From sequence record PQ850599.1: 39,042 nt of DNA; one strand, given 5' to 3'. This stretch comes from Escherichia phage CurroJimenez_Bas106. The position numbers and the translations under genes are program-made. Positions 1 to 11,682 of this stretch are shown piece after piece (the first letter of the stretch is position 1; each line of letters begins with the position of its first letter). The notes below the pieces were generated by a model. That model was not told the DNA's origin. It saw only the letters and a list, made by a program, of their open reading frames with translations, and made no database searches.

Positions 1-489
1 ATGGCAGCACCAAAGGGCAACCGATTTTGGGAGGCCCGCAGTAGTCATGGGCGAAACCCTAAATTCGAATCGCCTGAGGCGCTGTGGGCTGCTTGTTGTG
101 AATACTTCGAGTGGGCTGATGATAACCCGCTATGGGAGGGTAAGGTATTTTCATATCAGGGAGAAATAATTAAGGCTAATGTCCCTAAGATGCGAGCCAT
201 GACTATTTCAGGATTGTGTACCTTCCTTGATATCACCAGGCAAACATGGGGAACCTTCCGGTCAATGGAAGGTTTTTCTGACGTCACATCACGAGCGGAA
301 GACATCATCTACGACCAGAAATTTTCTGGCGCAGCCGCTGACCTTCTCAACGCTAACATCATCGCCCGTGATTTGGGCCTCAAAGAGCAGTCGCAAGTTG
401 AAGACGTGACACCTGATAAGGGAGATCGCGATAAGCGGCGCTCTCGTATCAAGGAGCTATTCAACCGTGGAACTGGACGCGATTCTTGA
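1..489 (+). CDS. terS: terminase small subunit (P22 gp3-like)
   Basis: 162 aa ORF starting at window position 1; length and N-terminal sequence match my recollection of P22 gp3; 23-nt overlap with terL; RBS-like GTGAGA lies at the window end (39031-39036). Confidence 0.85.
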   Translation: MAAPKGNRFWEARSSHGRNPKFESPEALWAACCEYFEWADDNPLWEGKVFSYQGEIIKANVPKMRAMTISGLCTFLDITRQTWGTFRSMEGFSDVTSRAEDIIYDQKFSGAAADLLNANIIARDLGLKEQSQVEDVTPDKGDRDKRRSRIKELFNRGTGRDS

Positions 490-1966
490 TAACTTGAGCG
501 ACGAAGAGCAAATCGAATTGCTCGAGCTACTCGAAGAAGAAGAGAACTACCGGAACACACACCTGCTATATGAATTTACGCCATACAGCAAACAGCGTGA
601 GTTCATCGACGCCGGGCATGACTATCCAGAGCGCTGTTTTATGGCTGGTAACCAGCTTGGTAAGTCATTTACTGGTGCTGCTGAAGTCGCGTTTCACCTT
701 ACCGGGCGTTATCCGGGCACAAAAGGCTATCCTGCTGATGGTAAATATGGCGGTGAGTGGAAAGGTAAGCGTTTCTATGAGCCTGTTGTTTTCTGGATTG
801 GTGGCGAGACAAACGAGACTGTAACCAAAACGACTCAACGCATCCTGTGCGGTCGTATCGAAGAGAATGATGAGCCTGGCTACGGTTCCATACCGAAAGA
901 AGACATCATTAGCTGGAAGAAGTCTCCTTTCTTTCCGAACCTTGTTGATCATCTTCTGGTTAAGCATCACACGGCTGATGGCGTTGAAGATGGCATTTCA
1001 ATCTGCTACTTCAAGCCATACTCGCAAGGCCGTGCTCGCTGGCAGGGTGACACAATCCACGGCGTGTGGTTTGACGAAGAGCCACCATACAGCATTTATG
1101 GCGAAGGTCTTACCCGTACCAACAAATACGGGCAATTCTCAATTCTGACGTTTACCCCGCTGATGGGGATGTCTGACGTTGTTACCAAGTTCCTGAAGAA
1201 TCCCAGCAAGTCGCAGAAAGTGGTCAACATGACCATCTATGACGCAGAGCACTACACCGACGAGCAGAAAGAGCAAATCATCGCATCCTATCCCGAGCAC
1301 GAGAGAGAGGCGCGTGCTCGCGGTATTCCTACGATGGGTAGCGGTCGAATCTTCCAGATACCGGAAGAGACGATTAAGTGCCAGCCGTTCGAGTGTCCTG
1401 ATCACTTCTACGTAATTGGCGGGATGGATTTCGGATGGGATCACCCACAGGCGCAGGTTCAGCTTTGGTGGGATAAGGACGCAGACACAATCTACGTTTC
1501 ACGCGTGTGGAAGGCGAAAGAAAAAACAGCCGTTCAGGCATGGGGAGCTGTTAAATCATGGGCGCATAAAGTGCCAACAGCATGGCCTCATGACGGAAAT
1601 CAGCACGAGAAGGGCGGCGGTGAGCAGCTCAAAGGGCAGTATGCAGATGCTGGTTTTATGATGTTGCAGGAGCATGCGACATGGCCTGATGGCGGTAACG
1701 CGGTGGAGCCTGGCATCACTGAATTGCGCGACATGATGCTCGATGGTCGCTTCAAAGTATTCAACACCTGTGAGCCATTCTTTGAGGAGTTCCGCCTCTA
1801 TCACCGTGATGAAAACGGGAAGATCGTCAAGCTTAACGACGACGTTCTCTCAGCTGTTCGCTATGCATACATGATGCGCCGCTTCGCCAAAATGATGCGC
1901 GACATCAAAAAACCAAAAGAGAAAAAGATACCAGCCCCAATCAGGCCCATCGCACGGAGAACTTAA
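467..1966 (+). CDS. terL: terminase large subunit (P22 gp2-like)
   Basis: 499 aa ORF, GTG start preceded by AAGGAG (451-456); same length as P22 gp2; position between terS and portal. Confidence 0.9.
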   Translation: MELDAILDNLSDEEQIELLELLEEEENYRNTHLLYEFTPYSKQREFIDAGHDYPERCFMAGNQLGKSFTGAAEVAFHLTGRYPGTKGYPADGKYGGEWKGKRFYEPVVFWIGGETNETVTKTTQRILCGRIEENDEPGYGSIPKEDIISWKKSPFFPNLVDHLLVKHHTADGVEDGISICYFKPYSQGRARWQGDTIHGVWFDEEPPYSIYGEGLTRTNKYGQFSILTFTPLMGMSDVVTKFLKNPSKSQKVVNMTIYDAEHYTDEQKEQIIASYPEHEREARARGIPTMGSGRIFQIPEETIKCQPFECPDHFYVIGGMDFGWDHPQAQVQLWWDKDADTIYVSRVWKAKEKTAVQAWGAVKSWAHKVPTAWPHDGNQHEKGGGEQLKGQYADAGFMMLQEHATWPDGGNAVEPGITELRDMMLDGRFKVFNTCEPFFEEFRLYHRDENGKIVKLNDDVLSAVRYAYMMRRFAKMMRDIKKPKEKKIPAPIRPIARRT

Positions 1967-4132
1967 ATGGCCGACGAAAACAGACTCAATTCCATTCTGT
2001 GTAAGTTTGACGCAGACTGGATGGCGAGCGATGAAGCCAGAACCGAGGCGACAAATGACCTGTATTTTAGCCGAGTGTCGCAATGGGATGACTGGCTATC
2101 AAACTACACCACCCTGCAATATCGAGGACAATTCGATGTTGTCCGCCCGGTGGTCAGGAAACTGGTCGCAGAGATGCGCCGGAACCCTATCGACGTTCTC
2201 TTCCGACCCAAAGACGGCGCTAATCCTGATGCTGCCGATGTGCTGATGGGGATGTATCGTACTGATATGCGCCATAACACGGCAAAAATTGCCGTTAACG
2301 TTGGCGTTCGTGAGCAGATAGAGTCCGGCGTTGGTGCATGGCGTCTGGTCACCCAGTACGAAGACAACAACCCAACAAGCAACAATCAGGTAATCCGACG
2401 CCTGCCAATCCATGAAGCCTGCTCACACGTCATATGGGACGCCAACAGCAAGCAGATGGATAAGAGCGACGCTAAGCACTGCACGGTGATTAACGCTTTG
2501 TCACGCAATGGCTGGAAAGAGTTCGCAGAGGATTACGGTATTGATCCTGACACCTTGCCATCTTTCCAGAATCCGAACGATACATGGCTGTTTCCGTGGG
2601 TATCGAATGATGTCGTCTACGTCGCTGAGTATTACGAGGTCGAAGAGAAGAAAGAGAAAGTCTTCATCTACCGCGACCCGCTGACAGGTGAGCCGGTCAG
2701 CTATTACCAGCAGGATATCAAAGACGTCATCGACGACCTGGCTAATCGTGGATTCATTAAGGTAGCAGAGCGCAAGGTGAAGCGTCGGCGTGTGTATAAG
2801 TCGATCATCACCTGCACGCAGATACTGAAAGACCGCGAGAAGATAGCCGGAGAGCATATTCCAATCGTTCCAGTGTATGGCGAATGGTCATTCGCTGGTG
2901 ACAAGGAGTGCTACGAAGGAGTGGTAAGGCTGACGAAAGACGGTCAACGCCTTCGTAACATGATCATGTCGTTCAACGCCGATATTGTTGCTCGTTCACC
3001 GAAGAAGAAACCGACCTTCTTCCCTGAGCAAATCGAAGGCTACGAATACATGTACGGTGGAAATGATGACTATCCGTACTATCTGCAGAACAGGACCGAT
3101 GAAAACGGTAACGACCTGCCGATTGGTCCAATCTCCTACATGGAAAACCCTGAAGTGCCGCAAGCCAACGCTTACATGCTTGAGGCTGCCACCAACGCAG
3201 TGAAAGAGGTGGCTAGTCTTGGCGTGGATGCGCAGGCGGCAAATGGTCAGGTCGCTTTCGATACCGTCAATCAACTGAACATGCGGGCAGACCTTGAGAC
3301 ATACGTGTTTCAGGATAACCTGGCTACCGCAATGAGACGTGATGGCGAGATTTATGCCTCAATGGTCAACGATATTTATGACGTTCCTCGTCATGTAACG
3401 CTGACACTTGAAGATGGAAGCGAGAAAGACGTTCAACTCTATGCGCAAGTTGTCGATTACCAGTCCGGCAATGTGGTCACACTCAACGACATTCGTGGTC
3501 GCTATGAGTGCTATACGGACGTTGGGCCATCCTTCCAGAGCATGAAGGAACAGAACCGCGCAGAGATTCAGGAGTTACTCACCAAGGTTCCGCAAGGTAC
3601 TCCAGAGTTCCAGATGCTGATGCTGCAATACTTCACGCTGCTTGACGGTAAAGGCGTCGAGATGATGCGAGAGTACGCGAACAAGCAACTGGTGATGATG
3701 GGGCTGAAGAAACCAGAAACACCTGAAGAGATGGAGATGGTGCAGCAGGCACAACAACAGCCGCAGCAGCCATCAGCAGAGCAAATTCAGGCGCAGGGTA
3801 TCCTTCTGCAAGGTCAGGCTGAATTGCTCAAGGCAGAGAACCAACAGGCGCAGATTCAGGTTGAAGCTGCCAAGGTTGAAGCTCAAAACCAACTCAACGC
3901 CGCGAAGATTGCAGAAATCTTCAACAATATGGACCTCGACAAGCAGGCAGAACTGCGTGAGTACCTCAAGCTCGTAGGTCAATTCCAGCAACAGCGCAGC
4001 AAAGATGCTCGCGCTAACGCTGAGCTGCTTCTTAAAGATGCAGACCAGACTCATTCACAACGCATGGATTTCGCGAATCTTATGCGTCAAGTTCAAATCC
4101 CCTCCGGCGGAGTAGCCGAGACACCTCAATAA
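1967..4132 (+). CDS. portal protein (P22 gp1-like)
   Basis: 721 aa ORF; ATG directly after terL stop, SD ACGGAGA upstream; size and order as P22 portal. Confidence 0.9.
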   Translation: MADENRLNSILCKFDADWMASDEARTEATNDLYFSRVSQWDDWLSNYTTLQYRGQFDVVRPVVRKLVAEMRRNPIDVLFRPKDGANPDAADVLMGMYRTDMRHNTAKIAVNVGVREQIESGVGAWRLVTQYEDNNPTSNNQVIRRLPIHEACSHVIWDANSKQMDKSDAKHCTVINALSRNGWKEFAEDYGIDPDTLPSFQNPNDTWLFPWVSNDVVYVAEYYEVEEKKEKVFIYRDPLTGEPVSYYQQDIKDVIDDLANRGFIKVAERKVKRRRVYKSIITCTQILKDREKIAGEHIPIVPVYGEWSFAGDKECYEGVVRLTKDGQRLRNMIMSFNADIVARSPKKKPTFFPEQIEGYEYMYGGNDDYPYYLQNRTDENGNDLPIGPISYMENPEVPQANAYMLEAATNAVKEVASLGVDAQAANGQVAFDTVNQLNMRADLETYVFQDNLATAMRRDGEIYASMVNDIYDVPRHVTLTLEDGSEKDVQLYAQVVDYQSGNVVTLNDIRGRYECYTDVGPSFQSMKEQNRAEIQELLTKVPQGTPEFQMLMLQYFTLLDGKGVEMMREYANKQLVMMGLKKPETPEEMEMVQQAQQQPQQPSAEQIQAQGILLQGQAELLKAENQQAQIQVEAAKVEAQNQLNAAKIAEIFNNMDLDKQAELREYLKLVGQFQQQRSKDARANAELLLKDADQTHSQRMDFANLMRQVQIPSGGVAETPQ

Positions 4133-4145
4133 GAGAGAGTTAACC

Positions 4146-5057
4146 ATGGACCAAACCACCGACATTCAGGCTTCTGAAGAATTAACCCTGCCCGGCAATC
4201 ATGCAGCGGCATCTGCTGATGGCTTAGTTGTCGATAATGCCAACGACATCGCAGGTCAGGAAGAAGGCTTCGAGATTGTCCTGAAAGACGATGAGAAACC
4301 AAAACAAGACCCGGCAACTAATGCTGAATTTGCCCGTCGCCGCATCGAACGCAAACGCCAGCGTGAGCTTGAGCAGCAGATGGAAGCGGTTAAGCGTGGA
4401 GAGTTGCCGGAGCACCTGCGGGTGAACCCTGAGTTACCAAAACAACCAGACCCTAACGATTATCTTTCCGAAGATGCGCTGGCTAAGTACGACTATGACC
4501 AGAGCCGCGCACTGGCTGCCTTCCAGCAGGCAAACAGTGAATGGCAGATCAAGGCTATGGACGCACGAAGCCAGGCTGTCGCCGAGCAGGGTCGCAAAAC
4601 TCAGGAGTTCACCCAGCAATCAGCGCAATACGTCGAGGCAGCCCGTAAGCACTACGACGCAGCGGAAAAGCTCAATATCCCTGACTATCAGGAGAAAGAG
4701 GATGCATTCATGCAACTGGTGCCGCCAGCAGTCGGTGCCGACATCATGCGCCTCTTCCCGGAGAAATCCGCCGCTCTCATGTATCACCTTGGTGCTAATC
4801 CTGAGAAAACACGCCAGTTGCTGGCGATGGACGGGCAATCCGCGCTGATTGAACTCACTCGACTGTCAGAACGTTTAACTCTCAAGCCTCGAGCAAAGCC
4901 TGTTTCAGAAGCCCCGTTACCTGATGAACCCATTCAGGGGCACGCTGTTGCTGCAAATATCTCTGCGATTGAAAAGCAGATGGAAGCGGCAGCAAACAAA
5001 GGGGATGTAGAGACGTACCGCAAGCTCAAGGCGCAACTGAATAAAGGAATTCGATAA
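4146..5057 (+). CDS. scaffolding protein (P22 gp8-like)
   Basis: 303 aa, charged helical protein between portal and coat genes; same length as P22 gp8. Confidence 0.85.
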   Translation: MDQTTDIQASEELTLPGNHAAASADGLVVDNANDIAGQEEGFEIVLKDDEKPKQDPATNAEFARRRIERKRQRELEQQMEAVKRGELPEHLRVNPELPKQPDPNDYLSEDALAKYDYDQSRALAAFQQANSEWQIKAMDARSQAVAEQGRKTQEFTQQSAQYVEAARKHYDAAEKLNIPDYQEKEDAFMQLVPPAVGADIMRLFPEKSAALMYHLGANPEKTRQLLAMDGQSALIELTRLSERLTLKPRAKPVSEAPLPDEPIQGHAVAANISAIEKQMEAAANKGDVETYRKLKAQLNKGIR

Positions 5058-6352
5058 TGGCATTAAATGAAGGTCAACTGGTCACGTATGCTCTGGATGA
5101 AATCATCGAAACCGTCCAGAACCTGACGCCAATGGCGTCCAAAGTGACAAAATACACCCCTCCGGCAGAATCCATGCAACGTTCAAGCAACACCGTGTGG
5201 ATGCCTGTTGAGCAGGAAGCGCCAACTCAGACTGGCTGGGATTTAACTGGCAACGCTACTGGGATTCTGGAACTCTCCGTGAAATGCAACATGGGTGATC
5301 CGGATAACGATTTCTTCGAGCTTCGTGCAGATGACCTGCGTGATGAGCGTTCTTACCGTCGCCGCATCCAGGCATCTGCCAAAAAACTGGCGAATAACAT
5401 TGAGTCAGCGATTGCCAAACAGGCAACTGAAATGGGCTCACTTGTTGTTCACGATGCCCGCGCAATTGGTCCATCTACTGGCCTGTCTGGCTGGGATTTT
5501 GTGTCTGATGCAGAGCGCCTGATGTTCTCCCGCGAACTCAACCGCGACATGGGCATCAGTTACTTCCTGAACCCTGACGATTACCGCAAAGCAGGCCGCA
5601 ACCTGGTAGATGGTGACATCTTTGGGCGCGTTCCTGAAGAAGCTTATCGCAACGGTACTATTCAGCGTCAGATTGCTGGCTTTGATGAAATTCTTCGCTC
5701 ACCGAAACTTCCTGCAGTTACCAAGTCAACCGCTACTGGTGTAACTGTTTCTGGTGCGCAGAAGTTTAAGCCGCAGGCATACACCCTTGATACCGATGGT
5801 AACAAAGAGAACGTCGACAACCGTGTTGCAACGGTGACCATATCCTCCACCACCGGATTTAAGCGCGGCGACAAAATCAGCTTCACTGGTGTGAAATTCC
5901 TGTCTCAGATGGCGAAGAACGTGCTGACTGATGATGCGACTTTCTCAATCACCCGTGTGATCGATGGTACTCACATCGAAATCACGCCGAAGCCGATTGC
6001 GCTTGATGACGCTTCACTGACAAAAGAAGAGAAGGCTTACGCTAATGTAAACACCTCTCTTGCTGATGCCACTCCGGTAAACGTTCTGAACGTGGCAACA
6101 ACCACCGCTAACGTGTTCTGGGCTGATGACTCAATCCGCCTGCTATCTCAGCCGATCCCGGTAACCCATGAACTGTTTGCTGGCATGAAAACGTCTTCCT
6201 TCAGCATTCCTGGTATTGGTGTTAACGGCATCTTCGCAACGCAGGGTGATATCAACACGCTGTCTGGTAAGTGCCGTATTGCTGTGTGGTATTCAGCATG
6301 TGCTGTACGACCAGAGGCAATTGGTGTTGGTCTGCCTAACCAGACTGCGTGA
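5057..6352 (+). CDS. major coat protein (P22 gp5-like)
   Basis: 431 aa; start overlaps scaffold stop (TAATG); N-terminus [16 protein letters not shown] resembles P22 coat; followed by a strong terminator. Confidence 0.9.
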   Translation: MALNEGQLVTYALDEIIETVQNLTPMASKVTKYTPPAESMQRSSNTVWMPVEQEAPTQTGWDLTGNATGILELSVKCNMGDPDNDFFELRADDLRDERSYRRRIQASAKKLANNIESAIAKQATEMGSLVVHDARAIGPSTGLSGWDFVSDAERLMFSRELNRDMGISYFLNPDDYRKAGRNLVDGDIFGRVPEEAYRNGTIQRQIAGFDEILRSPKLPAVTKSTATGVTVSGAQKFKPQAYTLDTDGNKENVDNRVATVTISSTTGFKRGDKISFTGVKFLSQMAKNVLTDDATFSITRVIDGTHIEITPKPIALDDASLTKEEKAYANVNTSLADATPVNVLNVATTTANVFWADDSIRLLSQPIPVTHELFAGMKTSSFSIPGIGVNGIFATQGDINTLSGKCRIAVWYSACAVRPEAIGVGLPNQTA

Positions 6353-6357
6353 TAACC

Positions 6358-6384
6358 AGAGGGAGCTTCGGCTCCCTTTTTTAT
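6358..6384 (+). terminator. rho-independent terminator after coat gene
   Basis: GGGAGC-TTCG-GCTCCC hairpin (6361-6376) followed by TTTTTT. Confidence 0.85.
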
Positions 6385-6396
6385 CTGGAGACAAGC

Positions 6397-6627
6397 ATGA
6401 CACACATGATCTTTCGTCATGGCGACATGAAGAAGTGGAAAGGCGTTGGCTACGACTTTGAAATCGTGAAAGCCGAAGAGCTTCAGGAATATCTGGATGC
6501 TGGTTGGTTTTCACATCCTGATGACCTTTTGAAGGATGTTGCAGAGCCAGAGCCAGAAGAAAAACAGCGTAAAAAGCCTGGTCGAAAACCTAAGGCGGCA
6601 GCAGATGAACCTGACAACGAAGGGTGA
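6397..6627 (+). CDS. hypothetical small protein (76 aa), acidic/lysine-rich tail
   Basis: ATG at 6397 with GGAG 7 nt upstream, immediately after the coat terminator; overlaps start of gp4 by 23 nt. The ORF-track 5' extension from 6349 runs through the terminator and was not used. Confidence 0.4.
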   Translation: MTHMIFRHGDMKKWKGVGYDFEIVKAEELQEYLDAGWFSHPDDLLKDVAEPEPEEKQRKKPGRKPKAAADEPDNEG

Positions 6628-7105
6628 TTTAGTCCTTGCAGCATTACGTAAGCTCGGTGTTGCATCAAATGCCACGTTAACCGATGTCGAACCGCAGTCT
6701 ATGGAAGACGGGGTCAACGACCTTGAAATGATGATGGCTGAATGGCTTGGCGGTGATGTGTCACCTGGTATCAACGTTGGCTACATTTTCGCTGATGCCG
6801 ATGTCGCTCCGGATCCAGGCGATGAACACGGTTTATCAAATAACGCTATCAATGCCGTCATTTTCAACCTTGCATGCCGCATTGCTCCAGATTATGCGCT
6901 GGAAGCGTCTGCAAAACTTATAACCACTGCCAGATACGGGAAAGAGCGACTCGTCAAACTGTCTGCAATGGACAGAGCAAAAGCCGCTAAATGTAAATCC
7001 GGTTATCCAAACCGTATGCCTGTTGGTAGTGGTAACCAGTTGGCGAAGTGGAATGGTTGGAATTACTTCCACCGAAAGGAACCTTGCGATAACGGGAGCG
7101 AATAA
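6605..7105 (+). CDS. head-to-tail adaptor / tail accessory factor (P22 gp4-like)
   Basis: 166 aa from the internal Met [20 protein letters not shown], which matches the P22 gp4 N-terminus and length; the ORF-track start at 6536 is an upstream extension. Confidence 0.8.
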   Translation: MNLTTKGDLVLAALRKLGVASNATLTDVEPQSMEDGVNDLEMMMAEWLGGDVSPGINVGYIFADADVAPDPGDEHGLSNNAINAVIFNLACRIAPDYALEASAKLITTARYGKERLVKLSAMDRAKAAKCKSGYPNRMPVGSGNQLAKWNGWNYFHRKEPCDNGSE

Positions 7106-8523
7106 TGCCGATTCAGCAACTTCCGCTTATGAAAGGTGTCGGCAAAGATTTCCGAAACGCCGACTACATCGACTATCTGCCAGTGAATATGCTGGCTACA
7201 CCCAAAGAAATACTCAACAGCAGCGGATATCTTCGCTCATTCCCGGGCATTGCCAAACGTTCTGATGTGAATGGTGTATCGCGCGGTGTCGAGTACAACA
7301 TGGCGCAGAATGCTGTTTATCGCGTTTGCGGTGGCAAGCTGTACAAAGGAGAAAGTGAAGTCGGTGACGTTGCCGGAAGTGGTCGTGTATCAATGGCGCA
7401 TGGTCGGACATCACAGGCGGTAGGTGTTAATGGTCAACTGGTCGAGTATCGCTATGATGGCACGGTTAAAACAGTCTCAAACTGGCCTACAGACAGCGGA
7501 TTCACGCAGTATGAGTTAGGTTCGGTTCGTGACATTACGCGCTTACGTGGGCGTTATGCGTGGTCAAAAGACGGCACTGATTCATGGTTTATCACTGACC
7601 TTGAAGACGAATCGCATCCTGACCGTTACAGCGCACAATATCGCGCAGAATCGCAGCCGGACGGCATCATCGGTATCGGCACATGGCGAGACTTCATCGT
7701 CTGCTTTGGTTCATCAACGATTGAATATTTCTCCCTGACTGGTGCAACCACCGTTGGTGCCGCTTTGTATGTCGCACAGCCATCACTGATGGTGCAGAAA
7801 GGCATTGCCGGAACTTACTGCAAAACGCCGTTTGCTGATTCCTATGCGTTCATCAGCAATCCGGCAACGGGTGCTCCGTCTGTATACATCATCGGCTCCG
7901 GTCATGTGTCACCAATCGCCAGCGCGAGCATTGAGAAAATCCTCCGCTCCTACACTGCTGATGAACTGGCTGATGGTGTGATGGAATCGCTGCGGTTTGA
8001 TGCTCATGAGTTGCTGATTATCCACCTTCCTCGCCATGTTCTCGTGTACGACGCATCTTCAAGCGCCAATGGTCCGCAATGGTGTGTACTGAAAACAGGC
8101 TTGTATGACGATGTGTACCGCGCTATCGACTTCATTTACGAAGGAAATCAGATAACGTGCGGCGATAAGCTGGAATCCGTGACCGGGAAACTGCAATTCG
8201 ATATCAGCAGCCAGTACGACAAGCAGCAGGAACACCTGCTGTTTACTCCGTTGTTCAAAGCTGAGAACGCCAGATGTTTTGATCTTGAGGTTGAATCGTC
8301 AACTGGCGTAGCTCAGTACGCCGACCGCCTGTTCCTCTCTGCAACCACTGACGGCATAAATTATGGGCGTGAGCAGATGATTGAGCAGAATGAACCGTTC
8401 GTTTACGACAAACGCGTTTTGTGGAAGCGAGTCGGGCGCATCAGGAAAAATGTCGGCTTCAAATTGCGCGTTATCACGAAGTCACCTGTCACTCTGTCTG
8501 GCTGCCAGATAAGGATTGAGTAA
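7105..8523 (+). CDS. tail hub / head completion protein (P22 gp10-like)
   Basis: 472 aa, same length as P22 gp10; ATGA overlap with gp4 stop; conserved gene order. Confidence 0.85.
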   Translation: MPIQQLPLMKGVGKDFRNADYIDYLPVNMLATPKEILNSSGYLRSFPGIAKRSDVNGVSRGVEYNMAQNAVYRVCGGKLYKGESEVGDVAGSGRVSMAHGRTSQAVGVNGQLVEYRYDGTVKTVSNWPTDSGFTQYELGSVRDITRLRGRYAWSKDGTDSWFITDLEDESHPDRYSAQYRAESQPDGIIGIGTWRDFIVCFGSSTIEYFSLTGATTVGAALYVAQPSLMVQKGIAGTYCKTPFADSYAFISNPATGAPSVYIIGSGHVSPIASASIEKILRSYTADELADGVMESLRFDAHELLIIHLPRHVLVYDASSSANGPQWCVLKTGLYDDVYRAIDFIYEGNQITCGDKLESVTGKLQFDISSQYDKQQEHLLFTPLFKAENARCFDLEVESSTGVAQYADRLFLSATTDGINYGREQMIEQNEPFVYDKRVLWKRVGRIRKNVGFKLRVITKSPVTLSGCQIRIE

Positions 8524-9224
8524 TGGCGGATTCATCACTGAATAATCCTGTCGCGGTTCAGGCTACGCGCCTTGATGCTTCAATTTTGCCACGCAATATA
8601 TTCAGCCAGTCTTACCTGCTGTATGTCATTAATCAGGGGGCTGATGTTGGCGCAATTGCCGGGAAGGCAAATCAGGCTGGTCAGGGCGCTTACGATGCTC
8701 AGGTGAAAAACGATGAACAGGACGTCGAACTGGCAGATCACGATTCAAGAATCACCGCAAACACAAAAGCGATAAATCTCCTTGAGGTCAGGTTAACAAC
8801 TGACGAAGGGAAGATAGTCGTACTGCGTAGCGATGTTGATTACTTGCTGGATGAGGTTATCGATATTCAGGCGCATCTGGTCACTGTTGACAAAAGACTG
8901 GATAGCGTAGAAAGCGATGTATCTGACATTAAGAGTGATTACGTATCGAAAACTGTAACCGAATCGCAGTCTCTTGCGTCACCGCTGGATGTAAAAACAT
9001 CATATTCAGTTGATGGAATTCAGGTTGTTGGAGCAAGAAATACCGGATGGACTGCAGCCACAGGTACGCCACTTCTTGGCTCATTCAACGCTAACCAGTC
9101 ATACACTGTCGGCACTACGTACACAAAATCCGAAGTCGCAGCTCTCGCTACAGGTTTGCAGCAGGCGCGGCAGCGTATTCTGGCGCTTGAAACAGCACTT
9201 AGATTACATGGGCTGATTGACTGA
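8523..9224 (+). CDS. tail needle protein (P22 gp26-like)
   Basis: 233 aa; N-terminus [25 protein letters not shown] closely resembles P22 gp26; coiled-coil middle. Confidence 0.85.
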   Translation: MADSSLNNPVAVQATRLDASILPRNIFSQSYLLYVINQGADVGAIAGKANQAGQGAYDAQVKNDEQDVELADHDSRITANTKAINLLEVRLTTDEGKIVVLRSDVDYLLDEVIDIQAHLVTVDKRLDSVESDVSDIKSDYVSKTVTESQSLASPLDVKTSYSVDGIQVVGARNTGWTAATGTPLLGSFNANQSYTVGTTYTKSEVAALATGLQQARQRILALETALRLHGLID

Positions 9225-9679
9225 TGATTACATTCAAACCAACGCGAAACATCGACCTGATCGAAGCAGTAGGAAATCACCCTGACATTATCGCCGGGAG
9301 CAACAACGGTGATGGATACGACTACAAACCTGATTGCCGTTACTTTGAGGTGAACGTGCACGGGCAGTTCGGCGGCATTGTTTACTATCAGGAGATTCAG
9401 CCGCTGACATTCGATTGCCACGCCATGTACCTGCCAGAGATTCGCGGCTTCAGCAAGGAAATCGGGCTGGCGTTCTGGCGATACATTCTGACTAACACCA
9501 CCGTTCAGTGCGTCACATCGTTCGCTGCACGCAAATTCCGCCACGGGCAGATGTACTGCGCAATGATTGGCCTTAAGCGTGTAGGAACCATCAAGAAATA
9601 CTTCAAAGGCGTGGATGACGTGACTTTTTACAGCGCCACACGCGAAGAACTAATCGACTTCCTGAATCACGGGAGATAG
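9224..9679 (+). CDS. virion assembly protein (P22 gp14-like)
   Basis: 151 aa ORF in the gp14 position, start overlapping gp26 stop. Confidence 0.7.
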   Translation: MITFKPTRNIDLIEAVGNHPDIIAGSNNGDGYDYKPDCRYFEVNVHGQFGGIVYYQEIQPLTFDCHAMYLPEIRGFSKEIGLAFWRYILTNTTVQCVTSFAARKFRHGQMYCAMIGLKRVGTIKKYFKGVDDVTFYSATREELIDFLNHGR

Positions 9680-9681
9680 CC

Positions 9682-10377
9682 ATGTTATATGCATTTAAGC
9701 TGGGCAGAAAACTGCGCGGCGAGGAACCTTATTGCCATGAAAAAGGCGGGAAAGGTGGTAGCTCTGATAAAAGCGCAAAGTATGCAGCAGAAGCTCAGAA
9801 GTATGCCGCAGACCTGCAAAATCAGCAGTGGCAGACGATCATGAAAAACCTTGCTCCGTTCACGCCGCTTGCGGAGCAGTATGTTAACCAGCTTCAGAAT
9901 CTTTCCAGTTTAGAAGGTCAGGGGCAGGCACTTAACCAGTATTACAACTCTCAGCAGTACAAAGATCTTGCTGGTCAGGCTCGCTATCAGAGTCTGGCTG
10001 CAGCGGAAGCAACAGGTGGATTGGGTTCCACTGCAACCGGTAATCAGTTAGCAACAATCGCACCAACGCTTGGTCAGCAGTGGCTGTCTGGTCAGATGAA
10101 CAACTACCAGAATCTGGCAAATATTGGTCTTGGCGCACTGCAAGGTCAGGCAAACGCCGGGCAGACATATGCCAACAACATGAGTCAGATTTCGCAGCAA
10201 AGTGCGGCTCTTGCCGCTGCTAATGCCAATAAACCATCAGGTCTTCAGACAGCAATTAGCGGCGGAGCTTCAGGGGCTATGACTGGCGCTGCTCTTGGCT
10301 CTATTGTTCCCGGACTTGGCACTGGATTAGGTGCGGCAATTGGCGGCGGACTTGGCCTGCTTGGCTCGTTGTTTTAA
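9682..10377 (+). CDS. ejection (internal virion) protein, P22 gp7-like
   Basis: 231 aa, Gln/Ala/Gly-rich with glycine-rich C-terminus; position and size as P22 gp7. Confidence 0.8.
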   Translation: MLYAFKLGRKLRGEEPYCHEKGGKGGSSDKSAKYAAEAQKYAADLQNQQWQTIMKNLAPFTPLAEQYVNQLQNLSSLEGQGQALNQYYNSQQYKDLAGQARYQSLAAAEATGGLGSTATGNQLATIAPTLGQQWLSGQMNNYQNLANIGLGALQGQANAGQTYANNMSQISQQSAALAAANANKPSGLQTAISGGASGAMTGAALGSIVPGLGTGLGAAIGGGLGLLGSLF

Positions 10378-10386
10378 GGGGTAATC

Positions 10387-11682
10387 ATGGCTACTTGGCA
10401 AGGATCAAATGGCGGATTGTTAGCTGGTATCGGCGGCGTAAACTCAAACGCTCCGAACGTAAATGACATCGGCAATACGCTTCAGCTTATCAGGCAGAAC
10501 AATGATATTGAGCGTTCAGGCGCTAACAATGTTGGGCTGACTGCTTTGCAAGGCCTTTCAGGTATTGCGGGGGTGTTTCAGCAGGAAAAGCAGGCTCAGC
10601 GGCAGAAAGAATTTCAGCAGGCATACGCTAATGCTTATGCGTCTGGTGATCGCGGTGCTTTGCGTCAGTTAGCTACTCAATATCCAGACCAGATTGAATC
10701 CGTTCGTAAAGGCATGGGATTCATTGATGAAGACCAGCGCAATTCCATCGGTACCTTAGCGGCTGGCGCCCGCCTTGCGGCATCGTCTCCAGAAGCGATG
10801 CAATCATGGCTGCAAAACAACGCCAAGGAACTGACTCGCGTCGGTGTTGACCCTAACAGCGTTGCTCAGATGTATCAGCAGAATCCTTCAGGATTTGGTG
10901 AGTTTGTTGATCACCTTGGGATGGCTGCTCTTGGTCCGATTGATTACTTCAATGTTCAGGACAAGATGGCTGGTCGTGAGATTGACCGAGGCAGACTGGC
11001 AGAGACAATCCGCAGCAATCAGGCAGGAGAAGCACTAACAGCTCGAGGTCAGGACATCCAGATACGTGGACAGAACATCAGCGCACAGAATGCTGCTCTT
11101 TCCCGAGAAATACAAAGAGCAGAATTACAAGAAAAGGCTCTGGACAGACAGATAGCCAGAGAAAGCAATCAGTTAAAGCTTGAAGAGCTAAAACAGAAAC
11201 AGGCAGATGTTCGGCAAAAGGCTGACATAGCCCGCGCTGACAGGCAGGCCGCCGCTCAGGGTGCAGTTGATACGTTCAGCACCGCGCTTGATTCTCTCAA
11301 CGAGATAGAGCAAAGCCCCGGCCTTTCAAAAGCAGTAGGAATTCGCTCAGCGTTTCCGACAGTTCCTGGCTCTGATGCGGCTAACTTTGAAGCAAGACTC
11401 GACACCTTTAAAGCTCAAACTTTCCTTCCTATGGTGCAGTCCCTTAAGGGTATGGGGGCTCTTTCAGATGCTGAGGGTAAAAAATTATCCGATGCGGTTG
11501 GTGCCCTAAGCCCCAAAATGAGCGAAAAGGCTTTTCGTGACTCTATCGGAAAGATTAGAAATCAGCTTGAAAGCAAGTTGAGCACTGTTAAAAAACAGTT
11601 TGATTATCAGGAGCCAGTACAGAATACGCCAGGACAACAATCTCCTGCTGGCAGTAACTTTTCTTCACTATGGGGTGATTAA
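10387..11682 (+). CDS. ejection protein, P22 gp20-like
   Basis: 431 aa, coiled-coil rich; position between gp7-like and gp16-like genes. Confidence 0.75.
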   Translation: MATWQGSNGGLLAGIGGVNSNAPNVNDIGNTLQLIRQNNDIERSGANNVGLTALQGLSGIAGVFQQEKQAQRQKEFQQAYANAYASGDRGALRQLATQYPDQIESVRKGMGFIDEDQRNSIGTLAAGARLAASSPEAMQSWLQNNAKELTRVGVDPNSVAQMYQQNPSGFGEFVDHLGMAALGPIDYFNVQDKMAGREIDRGRLAETIRSNQAGEALTARGQDIQIRGQNISAQNAALSREIQRAELQEKALDRQIARESNQLKLEELKQKQADVRQKADIARADRQAAAQGAVDTFSTALDSLNEIEQSPGLSKAVGIRSAFPTVPGSDAANFEARLDTFKAQTFLPMVQSLKGMGALSDAEGKKLSDAVGALSPKMSEKAFRDSIGKIRNQLESKLSTVKKQFDYQEPVQNTPGQQSPAGSNFSSLWGD

